This document shows positions 52,580-63,041 of a DNA stretch of 63,041 bases, piece by piece. The stretch comes from a virus (taxonomy: Duplodnaviria > Caudoviricetes), in the IMG/VR virus record IMGVR_UViG_3300042509_001342, positions 1-63,041 of that record. The stretch is one strand, 5' to 3'. The translations under genes and the position numbers were made by a program. Each line of letters starts with the position of its first letter. Position 1 is the first letter of the stretch. The notes under the pieces were generated by a model, which ran no database searches, was not told the origin of the DNA, and saw only the letters and a list, made by a program, of their open reading frames with translations.

Positions 52580-55479
52580 TCACCCCCATTCACGCCCATC
52601 AGGTCTACAGAATGGATCACCACCGGACCCGCTTCGTCCTGCTTCCCATACAGCTTGATGGAGACATGGGTATCGCTCCCGGCAAAGTCCTCTAGGGTCT
52701 TCCCGGCAAACAGGGCTCGGGCAATGCCATGGGATTCAGCTTCTTGATGGGGCATGGCTTGCATATCGACATAAGCTGCGGGCTCTTGATCGTCGTGAAT
52801 GAACCCCACGCCGCGATCACGGCGGGCTACGTTCCGTCTGGGTGTGCTGGACCCGTTGTAGAAAACAGCCAGATTCAGCCTGCTGCTGGTCTTGGTGGGC
52901 TTGTAGACCACGCTGACGTTTCTGGAGTTTTGCTGACCACCGTTCTTGCTCTGCTGATCGGTGCCAAATTCAAAGTTGCCGCTCCGATAGGAGTAGGCAA
53001 TCGGCTTTCCTTCGTCGGTCAGGCCGGAACCTAAGAGCAACAGACGGTTCTCGGCAGCATGGACGAGCATGACAGAGCCATCGTCAGCCCGAATCTCGGT
53101 CGCTGCCGAAAACACGGTCGGGTACTCCTCCTCCCAGATAGCCTTGCTGTCTGGGTCATAGACAAGCTGCCGCGTTGGGTACTTGCCCTCGTCGCCGGTA
53201 TAGGCAACGTGGATACGGATGACCCCGAAGTTCCGGTCTGCCCGAAGGAAGAACCATTCCCGCTTGTTGAAATCAATGGTCTTGAGGCTGGAGTCCGTAT
53301 TGAGCCTGAACATGGAGTCGATTGCCATGGACAAATGCTCGACCTCGCCCGTGTCGGTCATGGCATACAAGCCGTTGTCATCAAGGATGTAGGCCAGACC
53401 CATGTAGATGTCCCAACAGCGTTGGTTGAGGCATCCCCGGTAGGCAATCAGGGAGGTGGTGGCGTCCTGTTCTGGGCTGCGGACGAACGTGAGCCGGTGG
53501 ATGTGTTTGCTCTGGGCTACCACTAATGCACCGGCATAGGGAATCAGTGCCGTGATGTAGTCGGTGTCTCGGACATTGGTTTGCAGGATTAGCTCGTTGA
53601 CCTCGGGAACAGCTTCCGGCTCGTCAGCCTCGGAGTAGAGAAGGGTATTGGGCCGCTTGCCGGTCGTGTCCACGCCTAAGAACGTGCGATCTTGGAAGAC
53701 CACTCCAACGGCAAAGTCGGAGTTTGCAACCCCAAACCTGTTGGCATTGAGGGAGCCGTCCTCCAGAAGAATGGGCATCTGGAGATAGCCGTCGCGGGCC
53801 GTATCGGTCAGGTCGCGGTCAGAAAGAGAGTCTTCGTAATCCGCCGCCGTTTTCAGGGTTGCCACTCGGAACAGGGTAGTAGCCTGCCCTGCCGTGGACC
53901 GCCAAAGCTCGACGCCAGTTGAACCGGCGGGAATCGTGATCGCAGCCCAAATGATCTTGGAAGCACAGTCTCCGCAGTCCAGTTCATTGACTGGAGACAA
54001 GCTTGAGTAGATCGGCCCGCCCGCAGACTCGGGCACAGAATCGTTGACGTAGCGGTAGTAGCACTGGTACTTGCCCCTGAAATTCGGACGAACGATTGCC
54101 AGTGCCCGCGCTTTTCCAACATCTCCCTCTGGGTCAATGAGCTTGGGCGGGAACAAATAGACCTTGTTGGGGCTGGGAACGATCAGCTTTGTGACGCTGC
54201 CTTCGCAGTTGATGTCGGTCTTGATGACCTCCCCATCCTCGGTGGTGAACGTGGGCGGGGTCTTGTACCCACTGCCACCGTTGTCCACGTTGGTCTTGAT
54301 ACGCCTCTGCTTGTAGGGGTTTGCCCGGATAATTTCCGCCAGCCCCGGAGCCTTGGGTGAGTAGCGGGTTATCCCTTCAATCCGTAGCTGGCACTCCTGT
54401 TCCGTATTGCAGTTTGGCCCAGAAACGATGCCGCTGGTGAACGAACCGGCCACCTTGATCTTGCCGGTCACAATATCGCCAGCTTGGTAGCCAGAGCCAA
54501 AGTCATAGACTTGGACATTTACCCCAAAGTCGTTCAATTCGCTGCCGTCAGAATTCTGCTTCAAGCAGTTTCCGTTGTAGAGAGTCCCGTCCACCCAGAC
54601 GATTGCTCGGGCCCCAGAGCCAGAGCCACCTTGGGCCTCGACAATGATGCCCTTCCCCTCGCGGGCATACCCCTGAAGGCAGAGCCAAAACCAAGTCGGA
54701 AGCTCGGAGACTTCCCAGTAGACGATCCCTGTTTCAGGGTCACCTTGGGCAGCACCAGCTTCTAGGGTGATGGCAGCGGCAGCACCAACTCCCGTAGCTG
54801 GCCCATTGGGGGTGTCTGTGAATTCAACACAGGGCACTTCGGTGTATCCAGCACCACCGTCCAGCACTTCGATTTCATTGACACGGGCACTGAGAATCCG
54901 GCTGAGTGCAGTGGCCTGCCTGCCGCCATCTCCGGTGGGAGCCCCAATCTTGACCGTAGGGGGGAGGTTGTAGCCGTTGCCGACCTCGGTGATGTCCACT
55001 CGGGCAACGTAATAGCTGGGGCTGGAGTCCTGAGTAATTTCTGGTTTGGCTTCTGGGGCGGAAAGACCCACTGGCCGAACCTTCCCATCAGGGCCACGGA
55101 CCAGACCTCTTTTGCCATAACCTTGATAGATATAGACCTCGCCTCGCCTGCCCTGAGAAAAGGAAACGGGATGCTCTCCGGTGAAGGAGCTATCTTTGGC
55201 AACCTCGACCGGGGTGCTGCCGATGCCGCCAAGCTCAACGATCTTGCCGCTCTCCGACTGCCCCAGAATCACATCGGTTTGAGAGGAGCCCAGAGAGAGC
55301 CCCCATAGCTCGACCAGCCGCTCACTGGTGTCAGCCAGCTTTTGACTGCCACCTCTTACGGTCAACTGGCCGGGGGTCAGGCTGGTGCAGTTGATCTGCT
55401 CGACTGCCGCACCGGGGGGCAGGACGTAGGGGCTGGCAGTGTTGACCAGACCCTTCCAAGAGTTGATCCGAATAGGCAT
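52576..55479 (-). CDS. Tail tubular protein B/nozzle-like protein
   Basis: WKGL N-terminus, LLYSEADEPE, ITALI..GALVV, GCL propeller motifs; inserted G-x-GY-x-x-P repeats. Confidence 0.65.
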   Translation of the reverse strand: MPIRINSWKGLVNTASPYVLPPGAAVEQINCTSLTPGQLTVRGGSQKLADTSERLVELWGLSLGSSQTDVILGQSESGKIVELGGIGSTPVEVAKDSSFTGEHPVSFSQGRRGEVYIYQGYGKRGLVRGPDGKVRPVGLSAPEAKPEITQDSSPSYYVARVDITEVGNGYNLPPTVKIGAPTGDGGRQATALSRILSARVNEIEVLDGGAGYTEVPCVEFTDTPNGPATGVGAAAAITLEAGAAQGDPETGIVYWEVSELPTWFWLCLQGYAREGKGIIVEAQGGSGSGARAIVWVDGTLYNGNCLKQNSDGSELNDFGVNVQVYDFGSGYQAGDIVTGKIKVAGSFTSGIVSGPNCNTEQECQLRIEGITRYSPKAPGLAEIIRANPYKQRRIKTNVDNGGSGYKTPPTFTTEDGEVIKTDINCEGSVTKLIVPSPNKVYLFPPKLIDPEGDVGKARALAIVRPNFRGKYQCYYRYVNDSVPESAGGPIYSSLSPVNELDCGDCASKIIWAAITIPAGSTGVELWRSTAGQATTLFRVATLKTAADYEDSLSDRDLTDTARDGYLQMPILLEDGSLNANRFGVANSDFAVGVVFQDRTFLGVDTTGKRPNTLLYSEADEPEAVPEVNELILQTNVRDTDYITALIPYAGALVVAQSKHIHRLTFVRSPEQDATTSLIAYRGCLNQRCWDIYMGLAYILDDNGLYAMTDTGEVEHLSMAIDSMFRLNTDSSLKTIDFNKREWFFLRADRNFGVIRIHVAYTGDEGKYPTRQLVYDPDSKAIWEEEYPTVFSAATEIRADDGSVMLVHAAENRLLLLGSGLTDEGKPIAYSYRSGNFEFGTDQQSKNGGQQNSRNVSVVYKPTKTSSRLNLAVFYNGSSTPRRNVARRDRGVGFIHDDQEPAAYVDMQAMPHQEAESHGIARALFAGKTLEDFAGSDTHVSIKLYGKQDEAGPVVIHSVDLMGVNGGE

Positions 55480-56492
55480 TACGCAGCCTCGTAAGTGGAG
55501 GCTGAGTTTCCACCGTCGAGGGTGTCGCAGGGCTCACCGGCTGGGCCGCTCGGGATGCCTTGGTCACACCCGGGCCGCAAATACCAGAACGAGGTGTAGC
55601 CAATCGCCCCCTGCCGCCGCCCGGAAATCGGGGCCACTGCATCAGACTCAAAGGCCAGCCGCAAATCACGCCCGTAAACCCCCATGGCACCCTCGACGTT
55701 CTTCCCAGCAATGCGGGCAAGCCACGCTTCTGCACCTGAAAGCAGTGCCGTGTACATACCCGGAGAGATGTCGAGGTAATCGGTGATGACGTACTTGGTG
55801 CCAGCCGGGTAGCCCATCTTCCCGGCGGGGCTCCATGCGTAAGCCTTGTTCTGGTTGGCAACTCCATAGATCAGGGCTTCGTCAGCGTAGGCATTCATGC
55901 CCGTCAGGCTTTCGGGGTGGCGAGTGGGGTCAGCCGACACCCGGATCACAGAGCCAATCATTAAATTGGTGAAGGTCGTGCCCGTGCCCGCAATCTCCTT
56001 GTCGGTCCACTGGACGGTGCCTGCACGGGCCTGCGGCTCCCAGCCTGTGAACCGGAGGTCTTTGGGTCGCCGCCGGTAGCTGAAGGTCACGCAGGAGTCA
56101 TTCGACCAGCCGTTGTAGATGCACAGGTCATAGCGGTCGGGGACATTCTTGGATGGAATGACAGTCCAAGCGATCCGGGTGAAGTTCCTGAAGTTGGAAT
56201 TCATCAACCGCTCCCACTCGGTCGGGTTCAGGTACTCGGCTACCAGCCCGGTCTGCGGAAGCGTGAAGGCATCGACACTCTGGCAACCCCATGGCAGGGT
56301 GTGGCGGGTCAACTTGTCGTGGCAGCAAAGCTCAAGGTTTTCGGTGGCGTGATACCACCTCCAATCCCGAACAGATACCAAGTCCCGGTAGGCATGGAAC
56401 AAAGACTGGCGCAGCACCCGATGCTCTTGGTCTTGGGCACCACCCCCCACGGAATCCATGAGGTAGGAAACGCAATCTAGGCTCGTATACAC
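55479..56492 (-). CDS. Tail tubular protein A/head-tail adaptor-like protein
   Basis: Directly upstream of the nozzle gene; AYRDL...DWRW motif. Confidence 0.55.
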   Translation of the reverse strand: MYTSLDCVSYLMDSVGGGAQDQEHRVLRQSLFHAYRDLVSVRDWRWYHATENLELCCHDKLTRHTLPWGCQSVDAFTLPQTGLVAEYLNPTEWERLMNSNFRNFTRIAWTVIPSKNVPDRYDLCIYNGWSNDSCVTFSYRRRPKDLRFTGWEPQARAGTVQWTDKEIAGTGTTFTNLMIGSVIRVSADPTRHPESLTGMNAYADEALIYGVANQNKAYAWSPAGKMGYPAGTKYVITDYLDISPGMYTALLSGAEAWLARIAGKNVEGAMGVYGRDLRLAFESDAVAPISGRRQGAIGYTSFWYLRPGCDQGIPSGPAGEPCDTLDGGNSASTYEAA

Positions 56493-56506
56493 GTTTTGCC
56501 CCTTCT

Positions 56507-58834
56507 CTAGTCCGCAATGGCATAGGGCTTGACGGTCGAGGAATTCTCTCTGCCAGTCGGAATTGGCCGGGTGGCAACAAAGATGCCGCCGCCATACTGA
56601 ACGTCATTCCAATCAGCACCTTCTGGGAGGGGGGCGGTGACCCACGCCCCTCCATCGGCAGAGCGAAGGCAAAGCGAAGAACCCGGAGCGACCGCGACAA
56701 ACCACCCGTTGCCGAAGGTCACGCCAGTCCAGTTGGCAGAAAACGGGAGATTTGTGCTGTAGTTGTTCCAGCCCTGACCGTCGAAGGAAGTGACGATCTT
56801 GCCTTGCGTCCCAACGGCAACAAACTGGTTGCCATCAGCTATGTCGTTCCAGACTGCGGACTGCCCAAGGGAAATCCACTCCCAAGACAAGCCGCCGTCA
56901 CGGGAAAAGAGTGCTTTGTCAGTCGCGGAAAGTGAAGTGCCGACCTCCACGCCTCCTGCACCAACAGCTACAGCACCGATCCCGGGCCGGTTGGCAACGG
57001 ATCGCACCTGAACAAAAGAGTATTTGTCCGTTTCGGGAACGTCGCACTGCCCCCATGTGTTTCCACCGTCGCCTGTCCAGAACGCCACAACCTGCGCCGT
57101 CTTCGGCTTTCCGTCCCAGCCGGGGTTCCCAAAGGGTATTTTTGTTTCCTGATAGATAAACAGAACGTGGACACTGCCAACTGTGCAGATGAAGCTCCGC
57201 GAGGGGTCGTATTCAATCGAACCAATCACGGGCGGCCAAAACCGCATTGGATGCTTGGCTGTTGGCGTCCAAGCTGCACCGCGATTCGTGCTGACGTAAA
57301 GCGAGAACCCGCTTCCTCCTTGAGCTATCAATGAAGAAAGCCAAGTGCCATTGGCAAAAGCTGGGGCCGAAGGTGCGTAATTCTCTGGGTCAACCGCGTT
57401 GGTCGGTCGGGCAAACTCCCGGTTTGTTTCGGAAGACCGGCGGTTGAAGCCCTGCGTGATAAACGTGCCGTCTGCGTAAGCCATCTTGCCATGCGCCAGC
57501 CCGGTTGCCGTCCTCCAAGACGCACCCGTGGATGGGTCTCGGATGTCGAGCTTGACCGAATTGGAGTAGACGGGGCCTGAAGTAATAGTCGTGGCAACGC
57601 ATCGGTACAGTGAATTGTCTGCCGTTGATGGCGGATCAAGCGAAGCAACGAACGAATACTGCTGTCCGGTGAAAACCGGATACCAAGTGTTGTCACCGTT
57701 GTTGTTTACTGGGTTCTGCTCCCATGCGTAATCAACAATGCTTCCGTCTGCCGCTCGGGCCTCGGCAGTCAGGGTGACGAAATCTCCCGGAAACACTCTC
57801 TGAGGGGTGGGCTGGGTAGTGAAGTAAAGCTGCGGGCCACCGCTGGCCCCAACCGACAACAGAGCTGGCTCTGTGGCTACGGTGCCTGCCCCAATGAACG
57901 AGCCGACGCAGCGGTAGTATTTCCCGTCATCTTCGACAGCCGCCCTGAGTGAGAGGACCGCCGACTTTGCACCAGAAATGGTTGTCCACAGGGCGGAAGT
58001 AGGCGTCCGCGACCACTGCCATTCGTAATCGGCTGGCGGTTTGCTGAACTCAACGACAAACTGGGCCGTGTCGCCAATGTCGCACCACACCGGCATAGGC
58101 TGAGTCAGCACCTTGTTGCCAGTGGTCGGGTCAGCAACAGCAATGACAGCCGCCGTCGTGCTATAGACCGTTTTGGCAGTGGGGGCTGAAGCGGCACAGC
58201 GGTACGAGTTGCCAGAGTTTGCAGCCCTCGCCGTGAACACTAGACGTTTTTCGTTGCCACCGGGAATGTCAGTCCAAGTGGTGGCTCCAGTTTTCTGGAA
58301 CTGCCATTTGTAGGTGACCGTATCAGTGGGATTGCAAGTTGCCTCTGCCGTCAGGATCACCGCATAGCCATCGACCGTGGAGACATTCCGGGGCTGGGTC
58401 GTGAATGTGATGACTCCAGTCAGGTCTCCACCACCACCACCACCACCGTCACCCCCGCCCCCGCTGCTACTCGGCAGGACAAGGTTCAGGACAAGGTTGG
58501 GGGATGTTCCCGTGATCGTGGCATCGGCAGTCGTGCCTGTGGTCACAGTGCCAATCTGCAAATTGACAGGAGGGCCGACTTGGCCTCGGGGACCGGCTGG
58601 GCCAGAAGGGCCGGAGGGGCCAGCTTGACCGGCAGAACCAGACTCGGCCTGATAGGGAAGCTCTATGTAGAGGTCTACACCGTTGCCGATCTTGTACCGG
58701 CCAGTGTCCGACTCATAGGCGCACTCCCCCGGTCTGAGCATTGGGTTATCCAAAGCCCATTCAATGGAAGGACGGCTCGGCATTGCAAACGGGGACCGGC
58801 ACTTGTGGCACCCGCAGCCTTGGCAGCAACTCAT
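56507..58834 (-). CDS. Tail fibre/adhesin: Mtd_N-like domain + collagen + three Ig-like domains + BNR/beta-propeller
   Basis: W..NP.L..GE..YESDT...KIGNG; three TQP...Y.W...YRC units; S.DGG..W repeats. Confidence 0.8.
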   Translation of the reverse strand: MSCCQGCGCHKCRSPFAMPSRPSIEWALDNPMLRPGECAYESDTGRYKIGNGVDLYIELPYQAESGSAGQAGPSGPSGPAGPRGQVGPPVNLQIGTVTTGTTADATITGTSPNLVLNLVLPSSSGGGGDGGGGGGGDLTGVITFTTQPRNVSTVDGYAVILTAEATCNPTDTVTYKWQFQKTGATTWTDIPGGNEKRLVFTARAANSGNSYRCAASAPTAKTVYSTTAAVIAVADPTTGNKVLTQPMPVWCDIGDTAQFVVEFSKPPADYEWQWSRTPTSALWTTISGAKSAVLSLRAAVEDDGKYYRCVGSFIGAGTVATEPALLSVGASGGPQLYFTTQPTPQRVFPGDFVTLTAEARAADGSIVDYAWEQNPVNNNGDNTWYPVFTGQQYSFVASLDPPSTADNSLYRCVATTITSGPVYSNSVKLDIRDPSTGASWRTATGLAHGKMAYADGTFITQGFNRRSSETNREFARPTNAVDPENYAPSAPAFANGTWLSSLIAQGGSGFSLYVSTNRGAAWTPTAKHPMRFWPPVIGSIEYDPSRSFICTVGSVHVLFIYQETKIPFGNPGWDGKPKTAQVVAFWTGDGGNTWGQCDVPETDKYSFVQVRSVANRPGIGAVAVGAGGVEVGTSLSATDKALFSRDGGLSWEWISLGQSAVWNDIADGNQFVAVGTQGKIVTSFDGQGWNNYSTNLPFSANWTGVTFGNGWFVAVAPGSSLCLRSADGGAWVTAPLPEGADWNDVQYGGGIFVATRPIPTGRENSSTVKPYAIAD

Positions 58835-59001
58835 GGAGTCGGCATCCCGTAGTTGTTCTTTTCCTGCTCTTTGAGCCAAGCGTTCATGCGGGCCATTTCG
58901 GCATCGGCCTCGGCTTTGTCCTTGGCGATCTTTGCTTCCCACTCCGCGTCAGCGATGGCGGGGTCGGGGATGTCTTCCCACCACTTCTCGTCCGGGATCA
59001 T
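58831..59001 (-). CDS. Small hypothetical protein (possible fibre chaperone)
   Basis: ATGA overlaps on both sides. Confidence 0.6.
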   Translation of the reverse strand: MIPDEKWWEDIPDPAIADAEWEAKIAKDKAEADAEMARMNAWLKEQEKNNYGMPTP

Positions 59002-60758
59002 TTGGTGTCTCCGAAGGCGTACCAAGTGTTAGTGCCGGTCTTGATGAGTTCCACGAAGTTGAGTTCACCGGGGAGCGTGAGCGTTTGAGCCGCACCACCC
59101 GTCTGTGCCCCGGCGGCATTCCGCCAGAACAGGTTCACTCCCGCCGCGCCTTGCAGTGCGGTTGTCCCAAGGCGGGAGCAATCGTAGATGCGGATCACAG
59201 ACCCAATCGGAATCGGAACGGTTGCGTTGTCGGGGATCGTGTAGGTAGCCGTCCCGGCGGCAGTGCTGGCGTTGAGGACCGCGCGACTGCAATCAGTCAG
59301 GGCAAGGGTGGTGTCGGCACTGGCAATCCGTATGGTGAGCGGCCCAAGGCAGTCAGCGTTAACCGCGCGGGCCGGGAACCTGACCGTGGTGCCAGTGGTG
59401 ACGGTGAAGTTGCCGATGAACTGAACGTCGCCGGTAACGTCGAGCATCCGGGTTGCATTGGGGAACTGGCCGATTCCTACGCGAGACAGGAATGCGCTTC
59501 GGCTAGTGGTGTCCAGTTGCAAAATGGCGGTCTTGTTCGTGATCGTGCCGCCAGTACCGACAGGGGAAATCTGGAGATCGACATAGTTCGTGACCGTCCC
59601 AGAGCGGACGGCACCTTGCAGAAGCACACCAGAAACATTCGCAGTCGTGCCAGCGAACGTGCTGCTGAAATTGCTGTGACCGTACTGAAGGCCAATGCCG
59701 TTGACGTTGACACTCATCGTGCCAGCGTCATCCGCGACGGCATTGCGCTGGCAAAGAACTGAAACGCCCGAAACGCTAGTGGTGCTTACATCAGTTGCAC
59801 CCGGTACGGTCGGGTAGGCCACGGCAAAGAAATTGCTCGTGCCCGTGAACGTGAAACCCGTGTCCATTGCGTACAAGCCGTTAGGAAGCTTGTGCTGGGT
59901 GCGCGCGTAATAGGCCGCACCGTAGTTGGATTCGTCAACGTAAACGCGGGCTTTCTCCCGATTCTCTGGGTCCGCGCCGAATATGGTGCGACCATCAGCG
60001 GTGAATGTTGCCAGCGTGGTGCGCTGGTTGTTGCCAGAGAGGGTGGTGTTGACCGTGGAGATCACGGCATCGGCACCCAACCGCCCGGGGTTCTCCTTCA
60101 CGCCGAAGTACAGCAAATCACCGGAGTCGGTGGAGATCGTGAGCGCGTCTGCCTCCAGACCCGGAGCCGCAGTCACCACCAGCGGGCCGGTCATCGTGTC
60201 CCCGGCGACGAGAACATAGCGGTCATCCAAATCGGCCTGCGGGACCACCAAGTACCCATCGGTCCCCAGCTTGGCAAAGTTACCGGCATCGGCTGAAACA
60301 ACGGTCGGGCCGGGATCGCCTTTGTCTCCCTTGGCTCCATCGCTGCCCGGGTCACCCCTGTCACCTTTGGCACCATCCACTCCATCACGGCCCGGAGCCC
60401 CATCAGCACCGTCCGCTCCATTGTTGCCGGGAGGGCCAATGGCACCATCGACACCATCCCTCCCCGGTTGACCATCGGCACCCGGGGCTCCATCGACTCC
60501 ATCCCTGCCGGGAGAGCCATCAACTCCATCACGCCCCGGAGGGCCTTCTGGACCCTGCGGACCTTCAGGGCCGGGAATGCCTACACCAGTGCCGTCTTGA
60601 CCCGGGGGGCCTTCGGGACCGGCAGGACCGACTTCGCCGCGCTCACCAGTGTCGCCTTTCGGACCCTGCGGGCCTGCGGGACCGGGAGCCCCGCCGCCGC
60701 CACCTCCACCGGAAATGGGCTTCCAAGCTGTGCCATCCCAGAAATGAGCAATAGCCAT
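58998..60758 (-). CDS. Collagen-like tail fibre protein
   Basis: Long Gly-X-Y tract (GRDGVDG x4), GDTMTG motif, C-terminal TYTIP...PIGS...NTWYAFGD domain. Confidence 0.85.
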   Translation of the reverse strand: MAIAHFWDGTAWKPISGGGGGGGAPGPAGPQGPKGDTGERGEVGPAGPEGPPGQDGTGVGIPGPEGPQGPEGPPGRDGVDGSPGRDGVDGAPGADGQPGRDGVDGAIGPPGNNGADGADGAPGRDGVDGAKGDRGDPGSDGAKGDKGDPGPTVVSADAGNFAKLGTDGYLVVPQADLDDRYVLVAGDTMTGPLVVTAAPGLEADALTISTDSGDLLYFGVKENPGRLGADAVISTVNTTLSGNNQRTTLATFTADGRTIFGADPENREKARVYVDESNYGAAYYARTQHKLPNGLYAMDTGFTFTGTSNFFAVAYPTVPGATDVSTTSVSGVSVLCQRNAVADDAGTMSVNVNGIGLQYGHSNFSSTFAGTTANVSGVLLQGAVRSGTVTNYVDLQISPVGTGGTITNKTAILQLDTTSRSAFLSRVGIGQFPNATRMLDVTGDVQFIGNFTVTTGTTVRFPARAVNADCLGPLTIRIASADTTLALTDCSRAVLNASTAAGTATYTIPDNATVPIPIGSVIRIYDCSRLGTTALQGAAGVNLFWRNAAGAQTGGAAQTLTLPGELNFVELIKTGTNTWYAFGDTK

Positions 60759-60761
60759 CGT

Positions 60762-61244
60762 TTATTTCTCAATGATGGGAATGAGGTATTCGACGCCAGC
60801 AATCTTCACTGGGATCGCCCCGATGATGAGCGGCTGGTGGAACGTCAGACCATCCTCCGACAGGCCGATTGGGTCACCATTGGACTGAACCTCGACCGGC
60901 GGGCTGGAGTATTCAATGGGCGAATCCTCATCGAACCCCGGCGGCACCGCATTGGGCTGAATCCAAATTTGGCCTAGCTCACCCGGCGGCGGCTCAACGT
61001 CAGAAACAATGTGGTTATCACCAACAACAGCATCGTTGGACGGCCAGTAGGGGAGGTCTTCCCACCGATCCTTGCCATTACCGATCTTGGCTTTGAGGGT
61101 GTCGGTCTCGTAACCAAACTCACCTTCAGCCAACGGAGGGTTCTTGGAAGTCCAGTTTGCCGCCGTGTCACGCCGGTACTGAATGCGCCTGTATTCAGGG
61201 CATTTGGCAGGCTGGCTCGGTTTGTGGCAGTGGCAGCAACTCAT
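60762..61244 (-). CDS. Mtd_N-like tail fibre/adaptor protein
   Basis: IQYRRDTAANWTSKNPPLAEGEFGYETDT..KIGNG..W..LPY. Confidence 0.8.
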   Translation of the reverse strand: MSCCHCHKPSQPAKCPEYRRIQYRRDTAANWTSKNPPLAEGEFGYETDTLKAKIGNGKDRWEDLPYWPSNDAVVGDNHIVSDVEPPPGELGQIWIQPNAVPPGFDEDSPIEYSSPPVEVQSNGDPIGLSEDGLTFHQPLIIGAIPVKIAGVEYLIPIIEK

Positions 61245-61246
61245 TG

Positions 61247-63041
61247 TTAGTAAGCCGCCTTCCAGCGAATGCCAGAGAATGTTGCCTCGCTTGATCGTGC
61301 GCCGGGGCTGCATGAAATGTCGCGGTTTTTATTGCTAACGGTGCAGAAGCCATAGGTAACGGCAGTCCCAACGAGCCGCATGGCAAGCGGATAGCTGGCT
61401 TCAAGTTCCGCCAGCGGAAACTGTGGCGGCAGACGCAGCGGCACCCACGAGCCGCTGCCAGCACCGAATGACAGGGTGCCCTTGAGTTCAATGAAGCCAC
61501 CGATCATCCTCGCTTGAATCTCGGTAGAGACAGACTCCCTCGCCCCATCCATGCGCACCATCCATGTCCAATCAATGTCGGGCGGTGGTGCCTTGGTGCC
61601 ACCCACCAGCATCAGCTTCACCTCATCCAACACAGACTTCTTGAAAGCGGCCAAGGCAGGATCGTTGATCGAAGGCGAGGCAATCGGGTTGATAACCGCC
61701 AGCTTTGAGTCGATTTCCGGCTTCGTGTAGGTGTCTGCCGTCTTTGCATACGGGGCCAGTTCGTCCTTCTGCACGAGGATGCCAATATCGGCCAGCGTCA
61801 GGAACTTCGCGTCGGCCTGATCCTTCGTGTAGGTCTTGGTATCGACGTACCCAAACACTTCCGCCTTGGTTGCCCAGACTGCGGTCAGGTCCGACTTGAG
61901 GACGTACCGATCATCAGCTTCGGCTCGTGTGTAGATGCTATCGAAGACTGATTGAAGCTGGACCTGCAAGAGGGACACTGCTTCAGCGGTGCGGGCACCA
62001 TAACGTGCGTCGGCATCCACCTGAGTGATGTAGGGGGACAGGTCAACGGTCGGAGCGGCTTTGCTCTCCAGCGTGGTCAGACGCTCCTTGATGGGCTCAA
62101 AGTCAGACTGATACGGGATCAGTTCCTTGCCGCCCGGGGTATCAAGCACAAGACGGGGGCCGTAGCCCTCATTGGTGTCGGTGTAGACCAAGCCGGGATT
62201 GCTCGTAGAGATGGCATCACCAAAGGTGTAGCCCTTGGCGACCATGCCGTTGACTACCAAGTTCTGGGTGTTGTCGGCCTTCTTGGCATACCGATCATCG
62301 CTCTCTGCCCGGGTGTAGATGCTGTCGAAGACTGCCTGAAGCTGGGTGGTGATGAGCGTGGTTGTGGAAATCGGGGCATAGCCAGAGAGGTCAGCTTGCG
62401 TTGCCAGATGGCTGACAATTCCCCCGTCGTTCCACCCCAGCTTCCAGTTGTCGCCTTCCTTGACTGGGGCCAGAGACAAGCCGCCCTTCCACGCAATCGG
62501 GGACATGGCATCCCCGGTGAACTTGATCGCAGAGGGTTCGATCTCGACATCCCGGATGGCATCCAAAACGTCAATCTGGCCGGTGCCAATGTCGCCGCCC
62601 AGATTGGAAACAATCTCTTGGAGAGAGGTGATGCTTGCCAGAAGCACGTTGTCGTTGGCAATGCTGAAGTCCTTGTCGGCATCCAGCTTGGCATCGACTT
62701 CGGACTTGTTGTAGGTGTCGGACTTGTCGGCTTTGAGGGCGATGGAATCGCCAAAGGTCTTTGCCACCAATTGCAAGTTGGAATCAGCTTGCTGGAAGTA
62801 GGTGTCAAGCTCAACGTCAACTTCCGTCTTGGTGTAGGTGTCGGTCTTGTCTGCCTTGAGGTCGAGGGCCGCATCAACCTCTGGCTTGGTGTAGTAGCCA
62901 GAGAGGTCAACAGTGCCGCCGGTCAGGGCGAAGATGTCCACCCTCTGAGGATTGCCGAAAGGCTTGTTCAACTCATCGCTGGTCAGCTTGAGCCATTGGC
63001 CTTCAGCCGTCTGCATGACGATCATGGACGGATTTTGGGGA
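61247..63041 (-). CDS. Tail fibre/RBP, 3' part, long allele B (5' part is 729-1144 after circularisation)
   Basis: LKADK..TYTK.EVD repeats; frame continuous across the 127-bp overlap. Confidence 0.8.
   Translation of the reverse strand, partial: PQNPSMIVMQTAEGQWLKLTSDELNKPFGNPQRVDIFALTGGTVDLSGYYTKPEVDAALDLKADKTDTYTKTEVDVELDTYFQQADSNLQLVAKTFGDSIALKADKSDTYNKSEVDAKLDADKDFSIANDNVLLASITSLQEIVSNLGGDIGTGQIDVLDAIRDVEIEPSAIKFTGDAMSPIAWKGGLSLAPVKEGDNWKLGWNDGGIVSHLATQADLSGYAPISTTTLITTQLQAVFDSIYTRAESDDRYAKKADNTQNLVVNGMVAKGYTFGDAISTSNPGLVYTDTNEGYGPRLVLDTPGGKELIPYQSDFEPIKERLTTLESKAAPTVDLSPYITQVDADARYGARTAEAVSLLQVQLQSVFDSIYTRAEADDRYVLKSDLTAVWATKAEVFGYVDTKTYTKDQADAKFLTLADIGILVQKDELAPYAKTADTYTKPEIDSKLAVINPIASPSINDPALAAFKKSVLDEVKLMLVGGTKAPPPDIDWTWMVRMDGARESVSTEIQARMIGGFIELKGTLSFGAGSGSWVPLRLPPQFPLAELEASYPLAMRLVGTAVTYGFCTVSNKNRDISCSPGARSSEATFSGIRWKAAY
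62915..63041. repeat. 127-bp exact repeat of 602-728
   Basis: Identical sequence. Confidence 0.95.

Noticed and set aside
60300-60690. Tandem DNA repeats in the fibre gene
   Set aside because: Explained by Gly-X-Y collagen coding with varied third positions
62915-63041. Biological direct terminal repeat
   Set aside because: Exactly 127 bp, mid-gene, and its partner is internal (602-728); this fits an assembly k-mer overlap

Overview
This window is an apparently complete tailed dsDNA phage genome of about 62.3 kb with a podovirus-like gene set. Positions 602-728 are identical to 62915-63041 (127 bp), so the contig circularises at 62,313 bp. Positions 1-601 are a second, shorter allele of a tail-fibre gene. 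A + strand early arm (18.8-31.3 kb) carries small genes, a TraR-like zinc finger, an AAA+ ATPase/VWA-metallopeptidase cluster, a LexA-type HTH protein and a serine recombinase. It converges on a - strand replication/recombination module (31.3-39.5 kb) with a sigma factor, dNTP diphosphohydrolase, resolvase, HNH proteins, SF2 helicase, ERF and RecE-like nuclease. A tyrosine recombinase lies next to a tRNA(CAT)-like, attP-type sequence at 39.4-40.4 kb. A long - strand virion arm runs from 18.4 kb to 1 and from 63 kb to 40.3 kb, with terminase, portal, scaffold, capsid, tail tubular, fibre and internal proteins. I recognised no DNA polymerase, primase, canonical SSB, endolysin, reverse transcriptase or CRISPR array. 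A Planctomycetota host is a tentative inference from protein style. The most interesting unexplained signals are: (1) a 420-nt hairpin-dense non-coding region after the helicase; (2) a four-copy UUCG-hairpin/GGCAGGGCA leader motif among long-stem terminators in the early arm; (3) a tRNA-like att sequence inside the RecE reading frame; (4) a GGGTTCACAG repeat cluster at the strand switch; (5) two intergenic motif families upstream of late genes. All calls come from manual motif reading; no searches were run.
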